A DNA stretch of 64,000 nt from Myxococcales bacterium (GTDB lineage: Bacteria; Myxococcota; UBA727; JABDBI01). The translations under genes were made by a program, and so were the position numbers. Below the pieces are notes generated by a model. That model ran no database searches, had not been told where the DNA came from, and saw only the letters and a list, made by a program, of their open reading frames with translations. Of this stretch, positions 20,348 to 30,183 are shown one piece after another. The DNA lies in contig JAHFEF010000009.1 of the NCBI GenBank assembly GCA_023248545.1, forward strand, positions 8,078-72,077, written 5' to 3'. Position 1 is the stretch's first letter. Each line of letters starts with the position of its first letter.

Positions 20348-21343
20348 CTAACTGGCTTCTACAGGAAAATCGAAGGCAGCTCTTTCGCCTGCCCGAAATC
20401 GCCTCAAAGCCGCTTTGCCAATCATCACGGCGTTGTCGACACAATGTTTTTTCGACGGCAGATAAATTTTTAGGCCTTCCCGCAAGCCAAGCTCCTCAGC
20501 AGCTGCCCGAAGGAGCGAATTCGCAGCGACCCCGCCCCCTAAGACCAGCTTCTTGATTTGAGTGCGCTCACAAGCTAGTTGCGCTTTGGCCAACAAAGCG
20601 GCCGCAACCGCTTTTTGCAAGCCGGCACAAAAATCGGCCCGGTCTTGCTCACCCAGTACTTGTTTTTCTATTTTTAACCTCGCCGCTGTTTTTAGGCCTG
20701 AAAAAGAATACTCAAGCGTATCTCGAGATCGAAGCGCAATTGGAAATTCAAAACGGTCAGCATCGCCCGTTTGTGCCAGCCGATCGATTTCTTTGCCGGC
20801 AGGGTAACTAAGACCCAAGAGGCGCCCGATTTTGTCAAAAGCTTCTCCAGCAGCGTCATCACGGGTCTGTCCCAGCGTTGTGATTTGATGGTCGGCATCG
20901 CACAGATACAGAGCCGAATGTCCCCCAGACGCAATCAACCCAATAAAAGGCGCTTCGGGAAAATCTGGTTCTCCCAAACCGGCCAACAAATGCCCTTCGA
21001 TATGATGCACGCCGATAATTGGGATTTGCAGCGCTTGTGCAAAGCCTTTGGCAAATTGCACGCCAACTAACAGCGATCCAATCAAGCCTGGCCGGTTGGT
21101 CACAGCAACGGCTTCGATGTCTTTGGCTTTCAAATTAGCTTCGCTCAATGCTTTTTGAACCATGCCAGCGATTCGACCCAAGTGCTGCCTCGAGGCTATC
21201 TCCGGCACGATTCCACCAAAGGGCGCATGCGGATCTATCTGAGAATAAATCACGTCAGCCAGAATTTGATTGTCGTGGCCTAAAATAGCAACTGCGCAAT
21301 CATCGCAGCTGGTCTCAATAGCCAGCAGGTACTTGGGATTCAT
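20348..21343 (-). CDS. tsaD: tRNA N6-threonylcarbamoyltransferase TsaD
   Basis: LAIETSCDD, HHIEGH, SGGHS, DDAAGEAFDK, SFSGLKT, GGVAAN, DNAVMI. Confidence 0.96.
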   Translation of the reverse strand: MNPKYLLAIETSCDDCAVAILGHDNQILADVIYSQIDPHAPFGGIVPEIASRQHLGRIAGMVQKALSEANLKAKDIEAVAVTNRPGLIGSLLVGVQFAKGFAQALQIPIIGVHHIEGHLLAGLGEPDFPEAPFIGLIASGGHSALYLCDADHQITTLGQTRDDAAGEAFDKIGRLLGLSYPAGKEIDRLAQTGDADRFEFPIALRSRDTLEYSFSGLKTAARLKIEKQVLGEQDRADFCAGLQKAVAAALLAKAQLACERTQIKKLVLGGGVAANSLLRAAAEELGLREGLKIYLPSKKHCVDNAVMIGKAALRRFRAGERAAFDFPVEAS

Positions 21344-21401
21344 GCTGTTAGATAATCAGACTCACTGGCACCCAGCAATCCCCTTGACACTCGATTTTGC
21401 A

Positions 21402-21420
21402 ATTGCGAATCATTCTCAAT
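21402..21420. promoter_or_regulatory. Fur-family operator-like inverted repeat
   Basis: ATTGCGAAT-C-ATTCTCAAT is a 9-1-9 inverted repeat with one mismatch; it lies downstream of TTGACA (21384-21389) and abuts ATG 21421. Confidence 0.55.
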
Positions 21421-21954
21421 ATGAAATCACTATTTTTAGTCGCCATCCTTCTTTCATCGCAAGTTGATGCACACAGCCATGCCCCTATCAACAGCACCTT
21501 GGAGTCTGCAGCCGGCTGGTCTTCTTTGGTCTGGAACGGTGCTGAACTTGGGTTTCACGCGGCCGAATTATTCGGCTTTAAACCAGCACTCAAGCCGCCA
21601 TGCACACACTCAAGTTGCAACGGGCATCCACACGTGGGTGGCGGCTCAAAAATTGCTCAGGCCTATCACATCGTTGAACTGACCACCCACGGCCTCAATT
21701 TATTCGACACAACCGCCAAAATGTTTGACTCGGTCTCAGAAACAATTGAAGAATATTGTCCGCCCGCGTTCATCTCTGCCAGTGCGTTTGCTTTTAACAC
21801 AGCTGTAATTGCTTATCGAATATTTGACGCCAAGAAATTACTTGAAGTCGCTCGATCAGAGCCGACAAACTTGGCAGCGTATGGGTTTACTCTGTGGGGC
21901 CTAATTGATGCGGTTGGACATGCGGCGAGTATATATATGGCGGCAAAAAATTAA
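21421..21954 (+). CDS. Hypothetical exported/membrane protein with His/Cys-rich segments
   Basis: Signal peptide MKSLFLVAILLSSQVDA, then HSH and CTHSSCNGHPH, with hydrophobic helices. Confidence 0.6.
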   Translation: MKSLFLVAILLSSQVDAHSHAPINSTLESAAGWSSLVWNGAELGFHAAELFGFKPALKPPCTHSSCNGHPHVGGGSKIAQAYHIVELTTHGLNLFDTTAKMFDSVSETIEEYCPPAFISASAFAFNTAVIAYRIFDAKKLLEVARSEPTNLAAYGFTLWGLIDAVGHAASIYMAAKN

Positions 21955-22635
21955 CAGCAGCACCAGCATGAATCCAGGCACCTCAACAGGCACCATCTGA
22001 CACCCCGACGAAGCATGCCGTGCCGTTTGATGGGCAATCTGATGAGCAGCCGCTGCCTGAGCCTCGGTCTTAGCCTCAACGACAGGCTCAGGACATTCAG
22101 TCCACCCGGATTCTAAACCCTCTTTACAGAACCCATTAGGTAAACCTGGTGACGCCAAAAAGCCAGGTTTCAATTCACACTCCGCTTTCTCAGCCTTTTC
22201 GGGCTTTTTATCGCCGTCATCTTTGAAAAAATTATTCGATCGACCCTTGGGTGTTGCTTTCGAGTCGCTGATTCGCTTACAAACTTCTGGATCTTTCAGT
22301 GTTTTGACGCACAGCCTCTGCACACCCTCTGGCTTAAACCCAAAATTAGGGTCTTGAACCACCATGACTTGATGCTCAGAACATAAATTTTGCCCCAAAT
22401 CTCCTCGAGCCGCAATAACAGCATACTCGCCAGGGTCAATCACATAATCTTCTCCCGGCAACTCGATGGCCCAAATTTGTTCGGGTTCGCGCTCACCATC
22501 GACGCGCCGAACCATCGCCTTGCCAAGATTCACAGGCTCTTCGCCCGCGTTATAAATTTCGAACCATTGCTGCACACGCTGCACCTGTTTGGTTTCAGCC
22601 GCCCGAAAAAATACTTCGGTAATACGCAGCGTCAT
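21901..22635 (-). CDS. Lamin-tail-domain protein with MYXO-CTERM-like C-terminus
   Basis: ITEV...QWFEIYN.G..PVNL...IDPGEY, ASPG.PN; tail SSGCQM...[16 protein letters not shown]. Confidence 0.65.
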   Translation of the reverse strand: MTLRITEVFFRAAETKQVQRVQQWFEIYNAGEEPVNLGKAMVRRVDGEREPEQIWAIELPGEDYVIDPGEYAVIAARGDLGQNLCSEHQVMVVQDPNFGFKPEGVQRLCVKTLKDPEVCKRISDSKATPKGRSNNFFKDDGDKKPEKAEKAECELKPGFLASPGLPNGFCKEGLESGWTECPEPVVEAKTEAQAAAAHQIAHQTARHASSGCQMVPVEVPGFMLVLLLIFCRHIYTRRMSNRIN

Positions 22636-24272
22636 CGTGGAATCTGAACCCCAGTCTGCCTGGCACACTCAATGGCTGCTTCATAACCAGCATCAGCGTG
22701 TCGCATCACCCCTAAGGCCGGGTCGCCAATTAATACACGTTCAATCCGAGCAGCCGCCTCGGGCGTGCCGTCTGCCACAATCACCTGGCCAGCATGTAAG
22801 CTGTACCCCATCCCCACGCCGCCCCCTTGGTGCACACTCACCCACGACGCGCCGTTCACTGCATTGACCAAAGCGTTCAAAATCGGCCAGTCAGCCACAG
22901 CGTCGGATCCATCTTTCATGTTCTCCGTTTCACGATTGGGGCTCGCCACTGAACCACAATCCAAGTGATCCCGGCCGATCACAATCGGGCCCTTCACACG
23001 ACCTGTTCGAACCAACTCATTAAAAGCCAAGCCTGCCAAATGCCGCTCGCCCATCCCAAGCCAACAAATCCGAGCTGGCAGACCCTGAAACGCAATTTTA
23101 TCACGCGCCAGTTTTAACCAGCGTTGTAAGTTTTTGTTTTCGGGGAAAAGCTCTGATACCACCTGATCGGTCACATAAATATCCTCGGGGTCTCCCGATA
23201 GAGCCACCCACCGAAAAGGCCCCATGCCCAAACAAAACAAAGGCCGAATATACGCCGGCACAAAGCCCGGGTAATCAAATGCGCGCACTGCCCCGCCCTG
23301 CTTGGCTTCGGCACGCAAGTTATTGCCATAGTCAAACACAGGCACACCCTGATCTAAAAAAGCCACCATGGCATTCACCTGCAGGGCCATGCATTCACGC
23401 ACATAACTTAACTCGCGCCGGGCCGGATCCAAAGGCACGTAGCCATTCAACGGATCATGCGCCGAAGTTTGATCCGTCACCAAGTCGGGCCTAAATCCAC
23501 GCCGAACCAACTCAGGAAACACCTGCGCAGCGTTGCCCAACAAACCGACACTTTTAGGAACACGCTTTTCTTTGGCCTCTAAGCAAATCTTGAGCGCTTC
23601 GTCTAAATTCGTCGTCATGGTGTCTAGATAACGCGTTTCTAACCGGCGCTTAATTCGAGATTCGTCCACTTCGACCGCCAAACAAACACCGTTACACAGC
23701 GTCACGGCCAAGGGCTGCGCACCGCCCATGCCCCCCAAACCTGCCGTTAGAACAATTCTGCCCGACAAATCGCCATCTGTTTTAAAATGCGTTCGAGCTG
23801 CCTGCGCGAAAGTTTCGTATGTGCCCTGCAAAATCCCCTGCGTACCAATATAAATCCAAGACCCAGCGGTCATTTGGCCATACATCATGAGACCCGCTTG
23901 TTCGAGCTGGTCAAAATGCTCCCAGGTCTGCCAACGACCCACCAAGTTGGAATTGGCAATCAACACGCGGGGCGCATCTGGATGCGTCTTCACGATTCCA
24001 ACGGCTTTTCCTGATTGAATCAACAGAGTTTGATTGTTTTCTAGATTTTTTAACGCCTTAATTATGACGTCTAAACAGTCTTTATTTCGCGCTGCTTTTC
24101 CGCGACCACCGTAAACAATTAAGTCGTCAGCATTTTCAGCAACGGCTGGATCCAAATTATTCAGCAGCATTTTTAAGGCCGCCTGCTGGACCGTTCCTTT
24201 ACAATGAAAATCAAATTTCTCTTGTTTTGTCGAATTTGAGGTGATATGGGGTGAAAAATGGGTAGGACTCAT
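22632..24272 (-). CDS. hutU: Urocanate hydratase
   Basis: [66 protein letters not shown]; start uncertain. Confidence 0.96.
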   Translation of the reverse strand: MSPTHFSPHITSNSTKQEKFDFHCKGTVQQAALKMLLNNLDPAVAENADDLIVYGGRGKAARNKDCLDVIIKALKNLENNQTLLIQSGKAVGIVKTHPDAPRVLIANSNLVGRWQTWEHFDQLEQAGLMMYGQMTAGSWIYIGTQGILQGTYETFAQAARTHFKTDGDLSGRIVLTAGLGGMGGAQPLAVTLCNGVCLAVEVDESRIKRRLETRYLDTMTTNLDEALKICLEAKEKRVPKSVGLLGNAAQVFPELVRRGFRPDLVTDQTSAHDPLNGYVPLDPARRELSYVRECMALQVNAMVAFLDQGVPVFDYGNNLRAEAKQGGAVRAFDYPGFVPAYIRPLFCLGMGPFRWVALSGDPEDIYVTDQVVSELFPENKNLQRWLKLARDKIAFQGLPARICWLGMGERHLAGLAFNELVRTGRVKGPIVIGRDHLDCGSVASPNRETENMKDGSDAVADWPILNALVNAVNGASWVSVHQGGGVGMGYSLHAGQVIVADGTPEAAARIERVLIGDPALGVMRHADAGYEAAIECARQTGVQIPR

Positions 24273-24306
24273 CTTACCTATAACCTTTATTTGATTGGGG
24301 ATATTC

Positions 24307-24519
24307 ATGAAACGTAGTTATTTGTTGTTGACCGTTCTTTCCTTGGCTCTGTTTTCCATCTCTGCTTGCAGCAAGTGCAGCAAAAACACTGAAGAAGCTC
24401 CTGCTGAAATGGCTCCAGAAGCTGCTCCTGCTGAAGTTGCTCCGGCAGCCCCAGAAGCTGCTCCCGCTCCTGCAGCACCTGAAGCAGCTCCTGCTCCTGC
24501 AGCTCCAGAAAACAAGTAA
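24307..24519 (+). CDS. Small Ala/Pro/Glu-rich lipoprotein
   Basis: Signal peptide with lipobox ISA|C, then tandem PAAPEAAPA repeats; followed by a terminator. Confidence 0.75.
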   Translation: MKRSYLLLTVLSLALFSISACSKCSKNTEEAPAEMAPEAAPAEVAPAAPEAAPAPAAPEAAPAPAAPENK

Positions 24520-24536
24520 TTCTGGAAAAGAACGAG

Positions 24537-24578
24537 AAAACCCCCTTTTGGCACAATTGTTAAAAGAGGGTTTTTTTT
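24537..24578. terminator. Intrinsic terminator, probably bidirectional
   Basis: AAAACCC.CTTTTGGCA-CAAT-TGTTAAAAG.GGGTTTTTTTT hairpin with T8 tail between convergent genes. Confidence 0.7.
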
Positions 24579-25065
24579 ATGGCAGTCTCGCCTTCAAGCC
24601 CTCTGACACACTCTCTCGAATGGTTTTGATCGACTGCGACACAAAAGTTTGACCCAAACGAAGCTCTAAAAACTGCGCGAATATCTTACCCAATGCATCT
24701 TCGATCTCGTCTAGATTGGACATTCGAATCATGATATCAGCTTCAGCCGAATCGCCCATGCTTTTATCTAAGCCCTGTGTTTTTACGCCCGAGAGAGAAC
24801 CGTCCAGGGCGTTCAGCGTGAAACTATGAATCCGCTCGTCGATCACCAAGTCCAACGCCATCGATTCGACATGGGCACCGGCTCGGATTGCTTGCAAAAA
24901 CTCGCCGCTGTCTTCCAGCTTCGGGCTCGCAATCATCACTTTTTGTTCTTCACTGTTTAACGGCTTCAGCGTCACGCGTCGCCCGATTGCGATCTTGGCA
25001 GGAATTTGATCCGTATGAAAATACAGCCAGGTTAAAAACTCAGGCCCCAAAAATGACAGCTTCAT
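24577..25065 (-). CDS. RdgC-associated protein (second gene of the two-gene RdgC-like pair)
   Basis: FLGPEFLTWLYF start typical of the deltaproteobacterial partner; overlaps the rdgC-like gene. Confidence 0.6.
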   Translation of the reverse strand: MKLSFLGPEFLTWLYFHTDQIPAKIAIGRRVTLKPLNSEEQKVMIASPKLEDSGEFLQAIRAGAHVESMALDLVIDERIHSFTLNALDGSLSGVKTQGLDKSMGDSAEADIMIRMSNLDEIEDALGKIFAQFLELRLGQTFVSQSIKTIRESVSEGLKARLP

Positions 25066-25636
25066 TGAGATTCTCCAAAAGGCCTTGAGATCTAAGTGAC
25101 ACTTGCGAAGCCAACGCTATCTCTGGGTACGAGAGCTGCTTGATTCGCATCTGAAAAGTCTGTTCGAATAATTTTTCAAAGCGCTCCACCAGCCCCTGTC
25201 CTCGGGCAAACAAGCGCAGCTCTGAGCGAGACAGATCCCACAAAACTTCGACGATTTTACTCTTCGGCAAGATGCGCTGGCGTAACTCGCTGATGACAGC
25301 TGACTCCACAACTTGTCTATTTTTGTCTGGAAATTCTTTAAGCCTCAATTCAACCAAATCACGTAATAACGCTTTGGGGTAGCTAATTTTATCTTCGCGA
25401 TACCCTAAAACCACGCGTTCTTGAAACAAAAATTGGTCGTTCAAGATTCGATCGTCATCCAAATAAGGATTTTGAACAGATACCCAGCCAGCCGTCTCGC
25501 TGTCTTTTCCTTCAGGGTGCAAAGGCACAAAACGTCGAACTGACAAAGCACGCTCGAAATTTTCGATTAAATTATTGGGCAGCGTGCCTACTACAGCAAA
25601 CCGCAAATACGTCATTGATCCGGAAAGAATCGCCAT
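25040..25636 (-). CDS. rdgC: Recombination-associated protein RdgC-like
   Basis: MAILSGSMTYLRF.V.G, GWV, LPK...EV.WD, F.KLFEQTF pattern. Confidence 0.65.
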   Translation of the reverse strand: MAILSGSMTYLRFAVVGTLPNNLIENFERALSVRRFVPLHPEGKDSETAGWVSVQNPYLDDDRILNDQFLFQERVVLGYREDKISYPKALLRDLVELRLKEFPDKNRQVVESAVISELRQRILPKSKIVEVLWDLSRSELRLFARGQGLVERFEKLFEQTFQMRIKQLSYPEIALASQVSLRSQGLLENLNEAVIFGA

Positions 25637-26616
25637 GTGACCTCACGAGAAGCAACCCAACAAGCCCTGAGGCTCGCGACTATTAACAAAAGAGCCATGC
25701 CTTGAGTTTGGAAATAAGCGAACACACAGGCCATCAGGCCTGTGCCAATAAATAGCCTCAGCCTCAAAGATTTTTTTTCAGCAATCACAATATTATCAAT
25801 CCCGCCAAGAGCCAATTCAAAAGAAATGCTGATTAAAACCGGGATAATTAAACCAGGGTGCACACTCGCGACAGACACCGCCAACACACTATGAGACAGC
25901 GCCCAAAATAGCCTGGCGAAATCACGCCGATCCAGGCCTGAGCTGCGCAGGACACCATAGCTGGTCTTCACATAATCCAGCGCGCTGATCCAAGTCAGAC
26001 CGACAATCACGATGCACTGACACAAAACAGCGGTCCAAACCGAGCACAACTCCAACAACCAAAACCAGTATAGAAACGCTGCCGCCGTCGGCAACGCCCA
26101 ATACGGTGCAGGGGCCCGTTTCCAGAAGGTATAATACGCCCAAACCACCAAGAAAAACGCCAACCAAAAAAGGGCTACGCCCAGCGCAATGCCGCGCCCC
26201 AAAAAGAGCGTCATGAAAATCGTCCCAAACCCACCCATCTGAACAATGGTTTTGATCTTGGCCAAAATGCTCGTTTTGACTTGCTTGCCCCTCAACGCGA
26301 CGCTGCTTCTTAACACCGTGAGCAAAAATTCACGTGACAAAATAGCAGCCGGCACCCACACAGGAATCCAGCCGTTGCCAGCCAGCGACAACGTGATCGC
26401 CGCCATCATGATTTTGTCGGCCACGGGATCTAATAAGCCACCCAACTTCGTGGGGCCTTCTCGACGGGCCATCATGCCGTCAATAAAATCGGTCATGCCC
26501 AAAAAAACAAACAGAAAAAACGCTACCCAATCCCAGTTGGAATCACCAAACAACAGCATGGCACAAGGAATCGGTAAGAGAGCGATGCGAGCAAGGGTGA
26601 CTTGATTGGCGGTCAT
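25612..26616 (-). CDS. CDP-alcohol phosphatidyltransferase (PgsA-like) with extra TM segments
   Basis: TANQVTLARI, TDFIDGMMARR.G.TKLGGLLDPVADK signature. Confidence 0.85.
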   Translation of the reverse strand: MTANQVTLARIALLPIPCAMLLFGDSNWDWVAFFLFVFLGMTDFIDGMMARREGPTKLGGLLDPVADKIMMAAITLSLAGNGWIPVWVPAAILSREFLLTVLRSSVALRGKQVKTSILAKIKTIVQMGGFGTIFMTLFLGRGIALGVALFWLAFFLVVWAYYTFWKRAPAPYWALPTAAAFLYWFWLLELCSVWTAVLCQCIVIVGLTWISALDYVKTSYGVLRSSGLDRRDFARLFWALSHSVLAVSVASVHPGLIIPVLISISFELALGGIDNIVIAEKKSLRLRLFIGTGLMACVFAYFQTQGMALLLIVASLRACWVASREVTWRFFPDQ

Positions 26617-27353
26617 CGTTTGGCCAGTGCTCGAAGTGAAGTCAGTTCTTTCTTGGACAAAGGCCTAAATTCTCCCGGCGACAAGCCATCAATAGAAATA
26701 CCTGCAAAGTGCGTTCGAATGAGTTTTTGGACAGGATGTTCAATGCGCCAAAACATATTTTTGATCTGATTATTCTTGCCCTGGGTCAAGATCACTTTTA
26801 GCCAGGTGTTGACTTTGGCTTTACCCAAGATCTCGATTTCGCTGGGTCCAGTGGGGCCATCGGGCAAATAGATCCCACGACGGAGTTTGTCTAACTGCTC
26901 TTCAGTCGGTGTGCCCTTCACCTTGACTTCGTACACTTTCGGCACGTGATATTTGGGGTGGATTAATTGGTTCGTAAGCTCACCGTCATTGGTCATGAGC
27001 AGAGCCCCTTCGGCATCGTAGTCCAGTCGACCCACCGGGTAGATTCTCCCGGCAGAGGCTCCCAGTACCAGATCCAAAACCGTCTTTCGACCGGCGGTGT
27101 CTTTGGATGTTGATACCACCCCAGCTGGTTTGTAGAGCAAGAAATAAACCCGCTCGGTGAGTTCTTCAGAAGCTGTATAGACGCGCTTTCCGTCGACATA
27201 AATTTCGTCTTTATCGGGGTCTATGACCATGCCCTGTGTTTCGACACGGGCTTTATTGACGCGAACGCGTCCTTCCTCGATGATCTTTTCGACTTGGCGC
27301 CTAGAAGCGACTCCCGCTCGGGCGAGTGCTTTGTGAAGTCTCTCTTGTGACAT
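26613..27353 (-). CDS. rluB: 23S rRNA pseudouridine synthase (RluB/RsuA family)
   Basis: S4 domain RLHKALARAGVASRR, YKPAG, PVGRLDYD catalytic motif; scpAB neighbourhood. Confidence 0.9.
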   Translation of the reverse strand: MSQERLHKALARAGVASRRQVEKIIEEGRVRVNKARVETQGMVIDPDKDEIYVDGKRVYTASEELTERVYFLLYKPAGVVSTSKDTAGRKTVLDLVLGASAGRIYPVGRLDYDAEGALLMTNDGELTNQLIHPKYHVPKVYEVKVKGTPTEEQLDKLRRGIYLPDGPTGPSEIEILGKAKVNTWLKVILTQGKNNQIKNMFWRIEHPVQKLIRTHFAGISIDGLSPGEFRPLSKKELTSLRALAKR

Positions 27354-27451
27354 AGGCTCCCACTGTCGCTTGTTCCAGGGCCCTCGGCAATAGGGTCCAA
27401 GCACCAAAATGCCCAGCAGGCCGATATCAATTCAGCACAGGAGATACACCT

Positions 27452-28006
27452 ATGAAACTCGGATTAGCCTTCATCACACTCATTTACAGCAGCTTCGCAT
27501 TTTGCGGCTTGTTCATCTGCGTAGCCAAATTGCCCACTCAATACAGTGACGAACCTCTCACTGTCTCGTTGTTTGATGGGCGCGGCAGAGAGAGCGTATC
27601 ACTCAGCAATTCCACGGGTGTTCGAGTCCTACCTGTCTTGCATGTTGAAGAAACCGATGTGGGCTTCATGGATCAGATTGGCAAGTGCATTCAGGCGGGC
27701 GTATGGGAAGATTCTTGCATTGAGACTTATTTTGAGGAAGGAACTTGGGTTAGAAATCAGGTAATTCTAGAAGCCGTCCAACTGCGCAATTCAACGCGAA
27801 GCTCTTGGTTTGCGTTTGATATCCTGCAAGCCAAGAAAGCCAAGAAATTTTTTATTACGACAACCCACCAAAAAGGCGCCGCTGGGCTCACCGAATACTA
27901 TGACCTGAACCAAAACCTGATGGGCCGATTTTTCTCTCCCGGCGACGGCGTCATGGTCCCTTGTGTCAGCAAAGAACCCAAGAATGCGTTCGACGGCTTG
28001 CTATAG
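27452..28006 (+). CDS. Hypothetical exported protein
   Basis: AGGAG SD, N-terminal signal-like sequence, fills the gap between rluB and scpB on the opposite strand. Confidence 0.65.
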   Translation: MKLGLAFITLIYSSFAFCGLFICVAKLPTQYSDEPLTVSLFDGRGRESVSLSNSTGVRVLPVLHVEETDVGFMDQIGKCIQAGVWEDSCIETYFEEGTWVRNQVILEAVQLRNSTRSSWFAFDILQAKKAKKFFITTTHQKGAAGLTEYYDLNQNLMGRFFSPGDGVMVPCVSKEPKNAFDGLL

Positions 28007-28693
28007 AGTCACGTTGGTTTCGGCCAAAACCCCCAAAGCCCGGTCTAAATCTTCCAGGGCTTCTTGATTTTGCCGCTCGTTCTCAGCTGAGAAAAACTCT
28101 TTGTCTGAGAACAAGTCAGTCAAAGTCATATTTTCAGGCTCGTCAGCAGGCTCAGCCGCTGGCTTGTCTTTGCTCAAATCTTGATATTCTTTCAGTGACG
28201 GCAACTCATGCAGCGAGTTAAACCCAAAAAACTCTAAGAACTCTTTCGTTGTGCCATATAACAGTGGCCGACCCATGCCCTGGGACTTACCCATAATCTT
28301 GACCAACTTGACCGTCAGCAAGCGTTTCAGCGCACTCGAACAATCGACGCCTCTAATATCCTCGATTTCTTGCCGCGTCACCGGCTGCCTGTAAGATACG
28401 ATAGACAAACACTCTAATTGCGAAGCTGATAATTTCTGGGGCTTTTCTTGCAATAAAGCCCGAACAATCGGCCCATATTCAGGCGCCGTCCGATACACAA
28501 ACCCACCCGCCGCTTCTTGAAGAGAAATCCCGGTTTGGCGCTCTCGCAAGGCTTCAAAAGCCTGTTTAATTTCTTCTTCAGAATACTCATAACCCTGGTT
28601 TTCAAATACCGTCACCAACTGCGTGAGAGAAATTGGCTCCGGTGACGCAAAAATCAACGCCTCTAAAGCATGTTCTAAGTTAAACATCGACAT
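28001..28693 (-). CDS. scpB: SMC-Scp complex subunit ScpB
   Basis: LEALIFAS.EP, LS...LE.LSIVSYRQPVTR..IE.IRGV, GRPLLYGTT.EFLEFFG. Confidence 0.95.
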   Translation of the reverse strand: MSMFNLEHALEALIFASPEPISLTQLVTVFENQGYEYSEEEIKQAFEALRERQTGISLQEAAGGFVYRTAPEYGPIVRALLQEKPQKLSASQLECLSIVSYRQPVTRQEIEDIRGVDCSSALKRLLTVKLVKIMGKSQGMGRPLLYGTTKEFLEFFGFNSLHELPSLKEYQDLSKDKPAAEPADEPENMTLTDLFSDKEFFSAENERQNQEALEDLDRALGVLAETNVTL

Positions 28694-29540
28694 CCCCCAA
28701 TTCCCCGTCAAATTCAGTGTCTAGCGTTTTCAAATTAATATCGGCCGAACCCGGCTCCTGTTTAATCTCAACTAATTTAAGCCGAGCCATTTCTAGAATC
28801 GCCAAAAAAGTAATAATCAAATCTATTTTTGTTTTGGCCCCGAAATAAAACAGCGCGTCTTGAAACAAGAAATTTAATTTGATCCGACTAAAATCAATCA
28901 TCTCGGCCAGTCTGGCTCTTAGATTGACTGCATCAAAAGAAACCGTGTGGCCCGTTTGAGGCTGCAAAGACTCCAGAATTTTCGCAAAGTTTTCGATGAG
29001 TTCAAACGCGTTCACCGGCGCCAGCAAGCGATCTTCCTGGGGCTCCAGTTCGAAGTCTTCGTAAGTACGCCCAAAAATATTAAAGCCCAGATAATCGCGC
29101 TGCGACAGCTGTTCGGCGACTTCTTTGTAGCGCTGATATTCTAGCAATCTTCGCATCAGTTCTGCTCTTGGGTCTACGCCCTGCTCTTCGTCTTCAGATA
29201 ACTGCTCTTCTTGGGGCAGAAGCATTTTGCTTTTGATTTGCGTGAGCGTCGCTGCCATGAGCAAAAACTCGCCCGCCAAATCTAATTCTAAGTTTTGAAT
29301 TTCTTCCAGATATTTCTCGGTGATAATCGCAATAGGAATATCAAAAATATCAAGAGAATGCTTTTTAATCAGGTGCAGGAGTAAATCCAGAGGCCCTTCG
29401 TAATTAGGCATCTCGACGTGAAGCTGTTCTGATTCTGGATTAGGGCTGTAATCTTTGGTATCTTGGTCTGTAAACTGGCCTCTGGCCTCGATGCGACATC
29501 GGTCGTCTCCCAGCGAAACAGCTGTTAAATCAGAAGCCAT
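28680..29540 (-). CDS. scpA: Segregation/condensation protein A
   Basis: YEGPLDLLLHLI, EFLLMAATL..IKSKMLLP, DPR.EL..RLLEY, TFLAILE. Confidence 0.95.
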   Translation of the reverse strand: MASDLTAVSLGDDRCRIEARGQFTDQDTKDYSPNPESEQLHVEMPNYEGPLDLLLHLIKKHSLDIFDIPIAIITEKYLEEIQNLELDLAGEFLLMAATLTQIKSKMLLPQEEQLSEDEEQGVDPRAELMRRLLEYQRYKEVAEQLSQRDYLGFNIFGRTYEDFELEPQEDRLLAPVNAFELIENFAKILESLQPQTGHTVSFDAVNLRARLAEMIDFSRIKLNFLFQDALFYFGAKTKIDLIITFLAILEMARLKLVEIKQEPGSADINLKTLDTEFDGELGDVDV

Positions 29541-30178
29541 GACATTCCCCACAAGACCATTCTTACTCCATAGCCTACGATAGCTCCCCCTCCCACAAGC
29601 AAGCCAAAGAGCAAAAACAGTGATAGCCGTGGCGCAAAAATCTCGTACTTATGGGCTGCTTCTCGGGGCAACAGGGCCAACAAAACTTTCGTGCCATCGA
29701 GCGGCGGCACAGGAATTAGATTAAAAACAAACAGCGATACGTTCAAAATAATAAATGGCTGAAAGAGACCTAAAAGAGAAAATCCACTATATTGGACAAT
29801 GGCCATGCACACAAACGCCATGACCAAATTAGAAAAAGGCCCCGCAATCGCCACAAGCGATTCAGCTGTTCTCGTCGACAACTGCTTTCCAAAAAATCGG
29901 CGTTTCAAATAATTAGGGTTATAGGGTGAGGGCTTGCCGGCTGCAAAAATCGGCATTCCACCAGAAGACATGGACGAGGCGATAATCAAAATCGCGGGCA
30001 GCACAACCGTCCAAAGGGGATCAATGTGGCTAAAAGGATCGAGCGTAAACCGGCCCATCTGTTCACCTGTTTTGTCACCCAAAAAGCGCGCCATAGCCAC
30101 GTGTGAAAACTCATGAATCGTAATCGCGAAAATCAAAGCTCCCAGTGTCATGACCAGGTTTAGAATCAGATTATCCAT
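29525..30178 (-). CDS. Site-2 protease family (M50) metalloprotease
   Basis: HEFSH, AIAGPFSN, FNLIPVPPLDG. Confidence 0.92.
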   Translation of the reverse strand: MDNLILNLVMTLGALIFAITIHEFSHVAMARFLGDKTGEQMGRFTLDPFSHIDPLWTVVLPAILIIASSMSSGGMPIFAAGKPSPYNPNYLKRRFFGKQLSTRTAESLVAIAGPFSNLVMAFVCMAIVQYSGFSLLGLFQPFIILNVSLFVFNLIPVPPLDGTKVLLALLPREAAHKYEIFAPRLSLFLLFGLLVGGGAIVGYGVRMVLWGMSWLLI

Positions 30179-30183
30179 TGTGC

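Noticed and set aside
24305-24556. Antisense Gln/Leu-rich and Gly/Ala-rich ORFs
   Set aside because: Shadows of the lipoprotein repeat; only the + frame has a signal peptide and lipobox
24577-25636. Split RdgC as a frameshifted pseudogene
   Set aside because: The second ORF has its own conserved-looking start (FLG.EFLTWL), and the two-gene arrangement is familiar from deltaproteobacteria
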